A DNA stretch of 64,000 nt from Stylophora pistillata (Eukaryota): the NCBI RefSeq assembly GCF_002571385.2, contig NW_019217955.1, forward strand, positions 243,384 to 307,383, given 5' to 3'. Both the position numbers and the translations under genes were made by a program. Shown one piece after another: positions 12,970 to 25,560 of this stretch (position 1 is its first letter; every line of letters starts with the position of its first letter). The notes under the pieces are model-generated. The model was not told the origin of the DNA and searched no databases. It saw only the letters and a list, made by a program, of their open reading frames with translations.

Positions 12970-13739
12970 AACTGAAAATCTCGAAACTTCTAACTCCTAC
13001 TTTCAAACGGCTAACTGCGGTTTGAGGTTCGCGGTTAACACACCAAACGTGAATCTAAAACTCTCTATTTAGCGATGTCGCGCACTCCTGGTCGCGTGGA
13101 AATTTTCTATGTAATTTAAGTATTCTTTTATTTTGATATCGGGGTAAGCTCATTTGGTACGTTTTGGTCTAGTTCGTTTGTTATTGCGTCTTATTTTCAT
13201 TGTATTTAGTTTGTTAGTTGCCACGCGTGTTCTTACACTAGTTCCTCTTAATTTACTGATTTCAGTTTGCGAGACAATAGACGCATTCATTAAAGATCAG
13301 TGGTTAAATTGTTTTTACACGCCGAGATGGCACAAAACTTTACTTTCCACCCACAGTCACTCCCATCTGCCTTCAAAATAAGCTTGTATTCCCCTCAGCC
13401 TCGACTTGGTACTCATAATTAGTTATCAGACTCTTTCACAGAAACAATTTAAAACTAGCCTATAGGGTAATAGGCGAGCGCTATTCTTATTCATAGTATT
13501 TCATTTACGTTGTGACGTAGCTGATTGATTTGTACAGCTCTCATTTCCAATGCTATTCCATCTGAATCACTCTCTGGGGTGAAATTTTTCTAAGAAATGT
13601 ACCATTTCTTAAAGACCTTCTGTGGCAGTTGTATGACGCGTTTTATAGGCTTTATTTTGGAGCGTTGGTGATAGTTTTCTTGGAAATGAGGCACTCCCAA
13701 AAGACTTTGTAGTGCAGTTGTATGACATGTTCTATAACC

Positions 13740-14202
13740 TTTATTATTACATCGCTCGCAGCGACCGTGGATAAGATGAAACGAATCCTGTGATTCTGAT
13801 GTGTTCTTGCCTGCTCAGGATTGCCCGCATTGATCCCACGCATGAAAAAAAATAAAATTAGAATTACGTTTGTAATTCTTGGATAACACAAACAGCGGCA
13901 GAAGATAGTCAAAACTGAGGAAACAGAAACGACCCTCGCGAGTTTGGTGTGCTACAAACACAGGTGGCTTTCTTTCCCGGCTCTCGAAGTAAACAAGTAA
14001 TTTTTATTTCTTAATAAAGCAAATATTTTTGCAATATGATGAGTCCTTCATTAACCAAGCTTGTTCGGTCAAAATGGCTGGATATTACTTCATTCTTTTT
14101 TTCGCATTTTTATGGACCTCGACTTCGTCTCAGTCCATAAAAATGCAAAAAAACAACTCGGCTAATATCCATCCATCTTGACCTCATGCTTGGTTAATAA
14201 CG
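13740..14202. mobile_element. Non-autonomous interspersed repeat; a related copy lies in inverted orientation at ~15480-15900
   Basis: Shared ggtcaagatggctggatattggc / tttatggac..gtccataaaaa segments in opposite orientations. This copy interrupts a module copy (13450-14640). Confidence 0.55.
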
Positions 14203-16151
14203 CTTACTTCTTGAGCGTTCGTGATGGAAGCACTCTTCTTGGTTCTAAAATTTAAGGGCATGGCACCTACGACACAATTTGCGAATGATGCATTGTATTA
14301 TGCCAAGTATCTGATTAACGTGATAATTAAAATATGACAAAAAAAAGCAAGCGCCACGCTAAGCAACTTAAGCATCCTGTTTACCTTGCAACAGTTACCT
14401 TTGTTATTCACGCTGAAGCTCTTTACAGAACATAATCTTAATGTTATGTCTAGGGCTGTCTGGTTTTGAAGCCCGCTCGCGTGGCTTTGAGCCTGACCTT
14501 GTTTAAAGTTGCTCGAATTTCCACCTTGCCTGCACAAATAAAACAGGATAAATAAATAAATGATGGAAAAAAACTACAAGGCTACAACCCTTTTCAGACT
14601 CTTAGTTTCGAGACTCATTGAGACAAAGAGTCAGGTCTGCGCGATGTTTCGTACTGAAAATATTCGAAGAAATATTTTACTTTATCTCTGAGGCTTTGTA
14701 AGGAGACGTCATATTTGTGTCCCTCTGAGGGACGGAAGCTAACGAAAGGATATGTCATCGAGTTTTGCTATAGAAAACCTGTAGTAGTGTCCTGAGGGCT
14801 AGCAAACATCTATATGAGTACCTGTTCTCATAAAATGACTGTTGAGATCGCGAAATGTTAGCTGATAAGTAACTTTTTTTAACCTACGTGACAGCCTTCT
14901 CGACCACCATTTTAATATCGTGTCACGCAAAAGCGTAGTAAATCGCGAAACGAAAAACCCTATCAAACTGGAAATTTGCAAACGGATAATGTTTTCAGTT
15001 GTTCTATTAAATAACTAAACTAAAATCTCAAAAGGATTGATAATCCCCAACTTTTAATATTGATGACGTCACGTGAAAACCAAGATGAAAACGTGACTGG
15101 CCATTTGTTTACTCTTCTGGTGGGTTTTCCTCCTATTTGTTTGGTGACTAAGCAAATATTAATATGTGAAAATCAGTGTGTGTTTCTCAACGTTCCAAAT
15201 AACTTCTAACACTCCGAATCGACGAATTCTTCCCTTATTTTTGGTTCAACTGCTTTCCAATTTATCCATGAGCTGGCTCACAGGAGTCTTTTATTTTGAC
15301 AGGACGGTCGATTTAGGAGAGATGATAGCACAGGAAGGCTCGATTAAGGACGATTTGAGAAGCCTTTGAAGCATGCAAAGCCTGGCCGATTGTTTAAGAG
15401 ATTATTTAAAAAATTCCATGTTATTCGTTCCTAAGGGACTCGGTCACGGCATTTGAGTTTTTTTTATATAGTTTTATATGGGTTATTGACCAAGCATTCT
15501 TAGGTCAAGATGGCTGGATATTGGCTGGACTCTCTTTTTGTGTTTTTATGGACCGAAGAGAAGTCGAGGTCCATAAAAACGCAAAAAATGAAAATCGAGG
15601 CTAATGTCCAGCCATTTTGATCAAACAAGCTTAGTCAATGAAGAAATTATTAGAGAGCAATAAGATTTTGTTCTAATAAGAATAAAGAATGACTTGTTTA
15701 CTTCGAGAACCGGGAAGAATAACAATTGTATTTGTAGCACAATAGACCCAAGTGAGTCCTTTCTGTTTTCTTTGTTTTGAGTGTCTTCTGCCGCTTTTTA
15801 GGACTTCATCACCGACACTGTCCAAAAGTTACGAACATTTTAAGTCCACCCAAGCACTTTTTCCCTTGCGCGGGATCGAAGCGGTCAATCCCGAGGACCT
15901 GTAATAAGAATTGTTAACTAATAGAGCACCTACTAAGTCTCCCGACTTTTCTCTGCACTGCAAAAACACAAGACAAGACATAGAAAAATATTTACAAGAG
16001 ATCTTTAGATCTTCACTTTGGTGGCTATAATTTGTTTACCATTAATATTTTTACGGCTAACGGCAAAATGTTTGCCCTGTTTTAAGGCTAACAGTTAACC
16101 CTGTAGAAATCCTCATAGATTCTCTTTCATATCTACAGGTGAGAATTCACG

Positions 16152-19100
16152 ATGACGACAAAAATAGCAGTTAAGGACGCGGCTAAGCGACTGGGGAGAG
16201 TTTTGCTGAAGAACGAACCAAACTGGATTACTGGAGATTTAGGGAACTACGTGGACGATACACTCAAAAGCCAATTCCCTGCAGTGGCTTCGTGTGCAGC
16301 CCGCACGTGCGATGAGGTCAAAACTTTTAAGACTAAAGAAGAGCAAGGACCTGTTCAACAAAGCGACCTTTTAAAACCACTGTTGATGGATATCGCTCAA
16401 GAGGGCCTAAATTACGCTTTCCAAAAATGGATCCAGAAAAAGGAGAACCCTGAGAGGCATTCAAAGACGAAAAATCCGAAGAAAGTGATTGTGGTTGGAA
16501 CCGGAATGGCTGGGCTAGTGGCTGCATTTGAGCTGGCGCAAGTTGGACACGACGCGATAGTATTAGAAAGCCAGACGCGAGTAGGAGGCAGAGTTCACAC
16601 CCTTGGGGAAAAGGATGGTTTTGCAAAGGGACTCCACGGTGAGGGTAAGTATTGTGTACTGTAGTTGATTGATGGAGACCAACGTGGCTTTATTCTTCCT
16701 GTCTACTATATCCGTAATAACTGCTTTCGTAATCCTTTTGCATTTCTATTAATTTTATTTGCAGCTGGTGCCATGAGGTTACCATGTCTCCCTGACGCGA
16801 AGACCAAGACCCATTTCCTGACAGATTTTTATGCTTCTCAGAAGCGGTTCAATCTACCCTTGGCAGATTTTACCAACTATAGTGAAAAAGCTTTTCTCAA
16901 GTTTTATAACGAAGACGCTGTTCGTATAGAAGGTGAGCTTTATGATACATAAGTAAAATCTTCTGGTTAATGTTTGAAAGCGTCAAATGCCTTCCCTCGA
17001 GGTCAGATGTAGCTCAGGGTAGCCCTGCAGTTTAGCACGTTTATATCCCTGAGAGTGAAACTGAGTTTCAGAATTTGGGCTTGATGTTCTGAAGAGCAGT
17101 GGTCTGACCTCACAACACGACGCTGATTGGTAGATTTTTAAACGAAACAGTTACACTTACACCATTTAGTAGGTATGCAGCACAAAAACTGTTATATTTT
17201 GGAATGAAATGCTCACCATTTAAACACGTGGGTGAGGTAAGGCACCGAGAGAGGAAAGGGTCTTTATGACAATGTTCCCCTCTTAGTCAGGGGTAGTCCT
17301 GTGGTTAAGCAAGTCTATTTCGTTAAGAGTGAAATTCAGTTTCTAGAATTTGGGGCTCAATAAACTGAAGTGTAATGGCCTGGTTTAACAACAGGTCGCC
17401 CGCTTACAGCTAAAGGTAATTTCTAATTTGTGTATGCAACAGAATGGAATAAAGATCCGTTGACCTGGACGAACAAACTTTGGCTTGGATGGGATGCTAC
17501 CCTGAAAAAAACCGGAGTGAAGGACATCATGAGTATAGGTAAGATTAAAGGGCTGAAGCTGTCTAAGGTGGTTGTAAAGTTCATTTTTGCCATGCACCAT
17601 TAGTGTTGAGGCTATTCCTCAACAAGGTTTTATGTTTAGTCCGTTCCGTTCCTGATTTTTTTGTATGTCACGTTGACCACAATCCTTCAATAGTGATTTT
17701 AGTCGCTATCCTTTTTCGCACGTGGTGAGACGCTTGTAAAAGTTTAGGTACGTAAAACTGTTCCTTTTCTTTCGCTTACCGCCCGTCATCATGTGGTTTT
17801 TACGGCTCCCCGAGTCTCGTAATCTTTGATGGAAGGCGACCGGATCGTTTTGTAATTATTGGTATTCTTCGCCGTCATTAAACTCGTTGGTCGAAGCGCT
17901 GTTTTGTTATTATTCGACATCTTCGCCACTTTATGTGTCGGACCCGGATATTGTTGTAAGAAACAACATGTTTGTCATCGCTTCCTGCTGTGGAATTTGT
18001 GCCTATTTACGCTGTATATGACCTCAACTGGAGAATCGCCGTTTCATCAAAGAAAACCGCCGTTGTTCAATATTTGTGTCATGTCGCCACGTGGAATCAC
18101 AGGCGGCCCAGGCTCTGTCACAGGCTCTTTCGCAGTGGACCATTATAGAGTTTGTATGGTGGTTTAGTTGGACTTGCGTTTGAGCTCCGCAAATATAAAG
18201 TTGTGTGAAATAATCAAAGAAATAGTCTCACCTTCATACAGAGTAGTCTGTGCTGTTCCTGTCGCGATTTGAGGCCGTTTTGCTGTGTTTTAACTTCCTA
18301 CCACTACCAAATAAAAGGGGAGGTAGGAAAGCTCTGTCTCACACACGCTCGCCAAAATCGCTCGAAAAACACACTTCCATACTTCCCCTTGAATCGAAAC
18401 TTGGGAGCACGAAAGCCAAATAGTTACCGTTGGAGCGAGCTTTGGGTGTGTACCGGGATGCACAGTCTGGCATTTTCAAGTTTAAAGCTCTGCAGGCAGA
18501 AAAACCGTCCACCAAGCGAGGGGTGCTTTCGATCGTAAGTTCTTTGTTTGATCCACTAGGATTCCTTTCACCCTTTGTGTTTTCTGCCAAGCTTGTGCTG
18601 CAGGAACTCTGGAGAGATAAACTCCCTTGGGATCAGCAAGTTCCAGAACCTTACCTCTCACAATGGCAACGTTGGCTGGCTGAACTACCACATGTTATCG
18701 CCATTGATACCCCAAGGTGTTACAAGACTCAGTCATTTCACAACACATCGACTGTCCAGCTTCATAACTTTGACGACGCATCCAGACGCGGTTACGCACC
18801 AGTTTCATATTTGAGTTTCGTCAATGAAAAAATAGGGATTCATTGTTCCTTTGTCAAGAAAAAAACCCGCAATGCTCCCATTAGGGAGTGGACTATCCCT
18901 CGTCTTGAACTTCAAGCCGTAATATTAGCAGCCCGTCTGAGCAAGATAATATTGAAGGAACTCGATCTACCAGTAGATTAAACCTTCTTCTGGTCCGACT
19001 CAATGGCATCTTTACAGTACATCAAGAATGAAACAAGGCGTTTTCAAACCTTTGTCGCCAACAGTGCCACCGAAATCCTTGAAACAAGTCTTCTAGAGCA

Positions 19101-22100
19101 ATGGCATCAAATTCCCGGTGTCATAAACCCTGGTGATGATGATTCACGAGGTGTTAGTGCTCAATATTTTCACGTTGAATGTCGCTGGTGGTTAAGTCCA
19201 AAATTCCTTTGGGAACCTGAATGTGCGTGCCAAGTGTGCTAGTAAAGGATCTCCAAGATGACGACGTGGAACTACGGAAGTCACCAACTGTTATGCTCGT
19301 CTCACATGTACTGCAGATTGACACCTTGCTGCAGCGCTATTCATCGTGGTCCCACTTACTGAGAGTAATGTCGTGGGTGCTTCGTTTCGTAAAGAGAGTT
19401 CGAAATGAAACTCCAGAGTATCCTAAGTCAAGTACACTCAAGCTGGTAGAATTGCAGCAATCAAGTCGAGAAATTGTGCGGTTAGTTCAGCGAAGACATT
19501 TGCTAGAGGAGTACTTGTGTGTGAAAGAAGGCAGACAAGTGAAACGTCACAGCAAGTTACCTAATCTCAGTCCAATCTTGATTGACAATGTTATACGCGT
19601 GGGAGGTAGAATTCATCGCGCGCCAATCGCCTTTGAGGCCGCACACCCAATGATCCTTCCAAAGTACCTTCACGTTTCTGTGTTACTAGTTCGCTACTAC
19701 CACCATGTACTGGGCCATGCAGGCCGCGAACATGTATTATCCGTAATCCGTCAGCGTTTCTGGATCATGAGGGGAAGAGCTCTCGCACGCCGCGTTCGGG
19801 GTAGTTGTGTGAGCTGCCGCAGACGTAACTCGCATCCTCTTCAAGTTATGGCTGATCCTCCCAAAGAGAAGCTAGTACCTTACCAGCCTCCGTTCACATT
19901 CACAGGTCTGGATTTTTTCGGACCGTTTTACGTGAAGCGAGGTCGCAGTGCAGGGAAAGTGTATGGCTGCATATTCGTGTGCTTCAATAGCCGAACAGTA
20001 CATATTGAAGCTTTCGTTCGATTCATCTCAGTGCGTGATCGCCCAAAGGAGATATGGTCGGAAAATGGCACAAATTTTACTGGTGTTCAGAAGGAACTTC
20101 GCCTGTCGGTTCAAAATCTGAACGAAAAAACGGATCAGGAGTGACTTACATTCTCGTGAGGTAGAATGGTACAGCTGTAAACTACCAGAGTGGCGTTTTC
20201 AACCTCGTGCCGCAGGCCACATGTCAGGAGTTTGGGAAAGGCTCAGTAGAAGTGTTAGGAAAGTTATGAAGGCTGTTCTCGGTAGTCAGGGTGCGGTGGT
20301 TAGTTTGGAAACGTTGCGTACAGTATTTGCTGAAGTCACATCAATCTTGAACAGTCGTCCTATTTGTCCTTCCAGTGACGATCCAAGTGATTTATAGCCG
20401 CGAACTCCAAATAATCTTCTGCTACAATGCCGAAACCTATTTGTATCTGCTTGAGTTTTCGCTGAAAGGGACTTGTACTCCCGTAAACAATGGAGACACG
20501 CTCAGTTCATTGCTGATTGTTTCTGGTCTCGTTAATATCTAGAATATGTTCCAACATTACAGCAGCGCAACAAGGGGTTACTGAACAAACGGAACTTAGC
20601 AGTTACCGACGTGTTCCTTGTTGTGGACAATACCGTGCCCAGGTGCCACTGGTTGTTAGGTCGTGTAACAAGGGTTTTTCCGGGTGAAGACTTATGTGTA
20701 CGCACAGTAGAAGTGGAGACGAAGAGCTCGAGACTTGTTCGACCCGTGACGAAGTTGTGTCTTCTTGAAGAGGCAGTATAATAAACCAAGAGAAGATCTG
20801 AACGCTGTGAACATTGACCTACCAAAACATTGAACACTGAACACTTAGGTTGATTTCATATTTCTTAACTGTTAGCTTTTCTCAGCCCTATTCCCCAGGA
20901 TGTTGAGGCTATTCCTCCACAAGGTTTTATGTTTTAGTCCGGTCCGTTCCTCACTTTTTTCATTTGTCACGTAGACCACAATCTGTCAATAGTAATTTTA
21001 TTCGCTATCCTTTTCGGATGTGGTGAAACGCTTGTAAAAGTTTAGCTACGTAAAACTGTTCCTTATCTTTCGCTTACAGCCCTTCATCATGTGGTTTTTA
21101 CGACTCCCCAAGTCGCGTAATCTTTGATGAAAGGGTGACCGGATCGTTTTGTAAATATTGGTATTCTTCGCCGTCGTTAAACTCGTTGGTCGAAGCGCTG
21201 TTCTGTTATTATTCGACATCGCCGCTTCATGTGTCCGAGCCGGACAATTAGTGCATCAGCCACAGGAGGCGAAAAACTTCAAGCCCCTAAAATCCCCTTG
21301 GTACTATGGTATCCCTGACGTTTGTACACATCACTCCCAAAACACGTCTACCTTACGCTTAGCACACATTGGAATTCCACGAAATTTCGCAGCCCGGGAA
21401 AGAGCAAAAACGTGTGAAATATTAAATAGGAATTTACGGAGGGAAAAGTGTTCATAACTCAGGACGGTTAATGTGTCATGCTGGAAACCATCGGAATGAC
21501 AGACCGAAAATTTGAATTTGAATTGCCTTTGTTCGGCACCTAAAATACGACGCATTAAAGATAATTAAAAGAGAAAGATTTCTTCCTATGAAAGGAAAAA
21601 TACTATCCGATGTCTTTAGAACAGGCGGATTGACATAGTTGCAAAATTGATCTACTAGACTGAAAATGGCACAGTTTAAAATGTATTTTGAAATGGCTTT
21701 GTCGAAGGCCCATTTGATCGTATTCATATGCTGATTTGTGTCATAGAAATTATAACTATTATCATCATTGTCGTCTAGATGGTATGTTTTGACTGTAACT
21801 TTCTCTTTGTCCAATTGCAGATGAATATTATAATCGCACCACTCGGGTGGTAACAAATCAGCTGCTTTATTTGCTTAACGATCCCAGCGTTAAACCAAGT
21901 GATGCCTGGAATCAGTGGATTGATGTGTGGAGTCAGTTTCCACTCGATGGGTTCCTACAAAGTACTTACGAAGCAGTCAAGACAAATGTTGAGAAAAAAG
22001 TCCCCAGGGAAAAACACAGCATCTTTGTGACAAGCCTCAAAGAACTCAAGAAGTACCTTCCTTGGCCTGAAGCCGCCCTCACTGCCTACTCTGTCTTCAA

Positions 22101-23025
22101 TTATACACAGCAACTTGATCAAAGCCTGGTGCGATACCTCCGAGAACAACTGGGACAGTGGTGGTCACCAGACATGCACTGCATCAAAGGCGGGATGTCT
22201 TTGTTGCCAGAAGCCTTCACCCAAAAAGACAATGGAGGCTGGAATCCCGACGTTTCCCTTCACGATAAAATTCACTTTAACCGTACAGCCAATGAGATCA
22301 TCTACAAATTTTATGAAGGTGATACTGAAAATAATCATGTGGTGGTAAAAGGCTACTTCAGCAACAGCAGACAGCCTTTTGAGATCGAAGGAGATGCTGT
22401 TATAGTGGCAACTCCAATCAACATTCTTAGACAGATCAAGTATACGCCCTCAGAACACACCGAGCGTCCCCCACAGGATTTCTACAAGGCCATAGAAGAC
22501 ATCTATAGCGGTCCAGCAACCAAACTATTCATACAGACTAAGACCAGATTCTGGGAGAAAGACGGCATTAAAGGAGGCTTCTCAAAAACAGATCTTCCAA
22601 TCGGGCAGCTCCATTATTCAAGCAACGTCACTGGAGAGCATCCTGGAGAAAAAGGCATTCTGTTGGTTTATACGTGGAAGACAGAAGCCTTACTATTTGG
22701 CTCCCTGGATCCTACTACTGCTCTTCACGAGGCAGTAAAGCAAATAGCCACAATCCACCCAGAGATCAAGGACCAGGTTGAAACGGGAGCCGTCTGTGCA
22801 TGGTACAACCAACCAACAGCTCAGGGAGCCTATGCCCTGCTCAAACCCACCCAATACCAAAACGTCCGGTACCTCATGAAATACCCCATGGCTAACATCT
22901 TCTTTGCTGGTGAGGGTCTCTCGTTTGCTTCGGGATGGATTCAGGGGGCCTTGGAGTCTGGTCTACGAGCAGCTTATCAGTTTTACATTCGCAACGAGGG
23001 CGGATGGTGCCCCAAATTGAAATGA
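16152..23025 (+). CDS. Flavin-dependent L-amino-acid oxidase family protein, copy 1 (653 aa; exons 16152-16644, 16765-16932, 17443-17538, 21821-23025)
   Basis: Three phase-1 GT-AG introns give a 1962-nt open frame. Motifs: VVGTGMAGL (GxGxxG), [36 protein letters not shown]...[14 protein letters not shown]. Confidence 0.92.
17604..21246 (+). mobile_element. BEL/Pao LTR retrotransposon, internally deleted, in intron 3 of LAAO copy 1
   Basis: LTRs at 17604-17950 and 20901-21246; perfect TSD ATTAG. ORF pieces [58 protein letters not shown]. The site is empty in copies 2 and 3. Confidence 0.95.
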
Positions 23026-23811
23026 ATTTGCAGAACACTCCTAATTGATAATAGACTTGATAATGAACAATCCGTTTAAGCTAAATGAGCAATAGAGCAT
23101 TTTCCTATTTAGTAAATAAGTTTTTGCCGAGCTCGACACAATGTTAGGGTACGGGCTTCCTCTAGTCTAGAAAAATTGGTAGTCGAGAAAATTAGGTAAT
23201 TTTTTTTAAGCTTGTAAGTGATAAAACAAAATAGATTAAACACTTTGCTACAGCGGTTAAACCAGAGTGGTGTTTTTTCGTTGTTTTAATAATCGTTTTT
23301 TTTTAACTTATTCATTAAATTTTGACAGTTTACTCGCTTCGCGTTTCCACGACTAAAATACCCTCTTCTTCAGAGGCACTATGATACTAGCAGTTTCGGA
23401 TCACTGATCCTGATCCGGATAATCCTAAAGAAACCCAACTTTAGAAAATCTTAACATTTTCTGATGTTTCACTGCCTCACAATACCTGGAGACATTTTGC
23501 GCCGATAAGGTCGATAACTCCAATCAAATTGATAATAATACTTTACGAATGAATACTCACATAGTAACCCGATACAATTTATTACTTTCAATTTCAAGTT
23601 TATTTTTATCGATTATCAATTTTATCGTCTTAACACGCTAGCACGTATGACATGAGGTATCCCAGAGAGCCTTTGATCTTTTAATCTTGTTCTCACATTA
23701 CATTTCTTCAGTATTGTATGCAGTTCGATAAGAGCAAATATTTCTTCACGGATAGTATACAAATCCGCATCCACTATCGAGTGAATATACTCTAAGCTCT
23801 GAATGATTAGT

Positions 23812-23976
23812 ATACAACTTATTATTAAAAAATGGATCATTGGATAATGCAATTCAAGACTATTTATTGGTTTAGCCATTATGGTATATATATGAGCCAA
23901 TATACCATAATCTACGAATATGGCAAGCGTACGCGTCAGCTAAAAATTAAAAGGGAACGAAATAATAAGATTTGGT

Positions 23977-24020
<44 letters not shown>

Positions 24021-24074
24021 CTCCACTCGCGCTTGTTGGATATGAAATGATTATAGCCAACGAGGCGCTACGCT

Positions 24075-24110
<36 letters not shown>

Positions 24111-24133
24111 GCTCGTGGAATAATTGTTAAATA
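23812..24133. mobile_element. Short non-autonomous element with long internal hairpin
   Basis: Imperfect inverted repeat gttggatatgaaatgattatagccaacgagg / cctcgttggctatctatcatctcatatccaac (~24035-24105). It is absent from the paralogous 3' flank of copy 2 (~38170). Confidence 0.6.
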
Positions 24134-24584
24134 TCCAAGAGATTGGGTTGATCTACAAAACACAAGCCATGCTGAAAGCCGTCATGTTGGCCGGTAACCT
24201 ATGTAGAATTTAATATTTTTTAGAAACGAGATATGCAAACAATTGAATCAAAACTTGAAATAAATATAAATTGCACCTGTCAACAATCTTTTCAAATACA
24301 TCTCCATTTCTGATGAAATTAACACAAACCATTGCCAAAATAGAAATGAAATACTGTGATTTCTATTTACAAGAAAGAAAACTATTGCCTACAGAACAAT
24401 CTGAATGCTGTTGGCATTGCAGTGAGACAAAAAAGCCCCTCACACTAGGCTAGTGGAATCGCGAAAAGGATGTGAGAAACGAAGATTACAAAAAATCGGC
24501 GAGGAAGCTTTACAGATGTTTTAAAAGCAGTGCAGCTTAGCGATCTACCATAGTCATGGGTCTCAATTATCAACTCATTGCTTC

Positions 24585-24995
24585 TAGATAAGCACAGGGA
24601 TCGGGCATGCAAGCAAGCAGATGCATATCAAACCATACCCTCAAAATGAAAGCTTCATCATGGATAATGTAATTGAGAGCCTGGTCATCATATTGCCCGC
24701 TATTGAAACGCACAAGGATCGGGAATGCAAAGTAGAAGTTGCAAATCAAACCATTTCTTCAAAATCGTAGCTTTATCTTGGATAATATAGTAGGAAGCTT
24801 TACCACCACATCGCTTTTAGAAACGCACAGGAATTGGCAATGCAAAGTAATATTTGCAGATCAAATCACGTCTTCAAAATCACAGCTTTTTCTTGGATAA
24901 TATATTAGGAAGATTAGTGAACTTAACTTAGCTTAGTCTAGAAACGCACTGGGAACGGGTATGCAAAGTAACACCGGATGCAGATCAAACCCCAT
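24585..24995. repeat. Degenerate ~115-120-bp tandem repeat, about 4 units
   Basis: Recurring (aaac)gcac..g(g)a..ggg.atgcaa(a)g.a...gca.atcaaa near 24590, 24708, 24822 and 24942. Confidence 0.7.
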
Positions 24996-25560
24996 CAAGC
25001 CACATTTAAGAACTACTATTTGACACAAACTTAATCTCATATCTCTCGAGATAAACAAACGGTCGAGAACGATTCGGTAACAAGGTCGTCTTGAACGCGC
25101 GGGAAAGGCGAAAAACACAAAAAGATAAAATACAGCTAAAGAAAAAATGGTGAACCTTACCAAAGAGACAAAACCGAGCAATCAAGAGCTATTGTGACAG
25201 AGAATGACTCAATATCAAATGATATCTAACAATGGAAATGTTTCCCGCCAAAATCTTCAAATGGAAAACACCTAAAACCAAGAGAATATCAACTGTCGAT
25301 ATTCTCTTCCAAAAACCCACGAAGTCAAAGACTAAAATTGTATTTTCAATGAAAGGGTGATTTGCTTTTACTCTGGGTCTCTGTTTGTCTCTATTGTACT
25401 ATACAATAAAAGTATCCCTTCTTAACCCTGATGATAAGATTTAAATATATTTGCATGAAAGAGTCGCAGAGCATGAAAGTATAAGCTTGTCATCCTCCTT
25501 TCCCAGTATCTGTTAAAAGTAAGAAAAACAAAATACAGAAGCCAGGCCAAACCACTTAAG

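Larger units (their letters stand above)
10539..13066. mobile_element. PIF/Harbinger-superfamily DNA transposon with nested LINE
   Basis: TIRs AGAGAGTTTTAGAT(C/T)CACGTTTG at both ends; 3-bp TSD ATT (10536-38 / 13067-69); internal Myb/SANT-like ORF fragment. Confidence 0.85.

Noticed and set aside
23008-23025. Peroxisomal targeting signal on LAAO copy 1 (CPKLK)
   Set aside because: PKL is not terminal, copy 2 ends WFP, and the N-terminal RL motif lacks the PTS2 H/Q-L.
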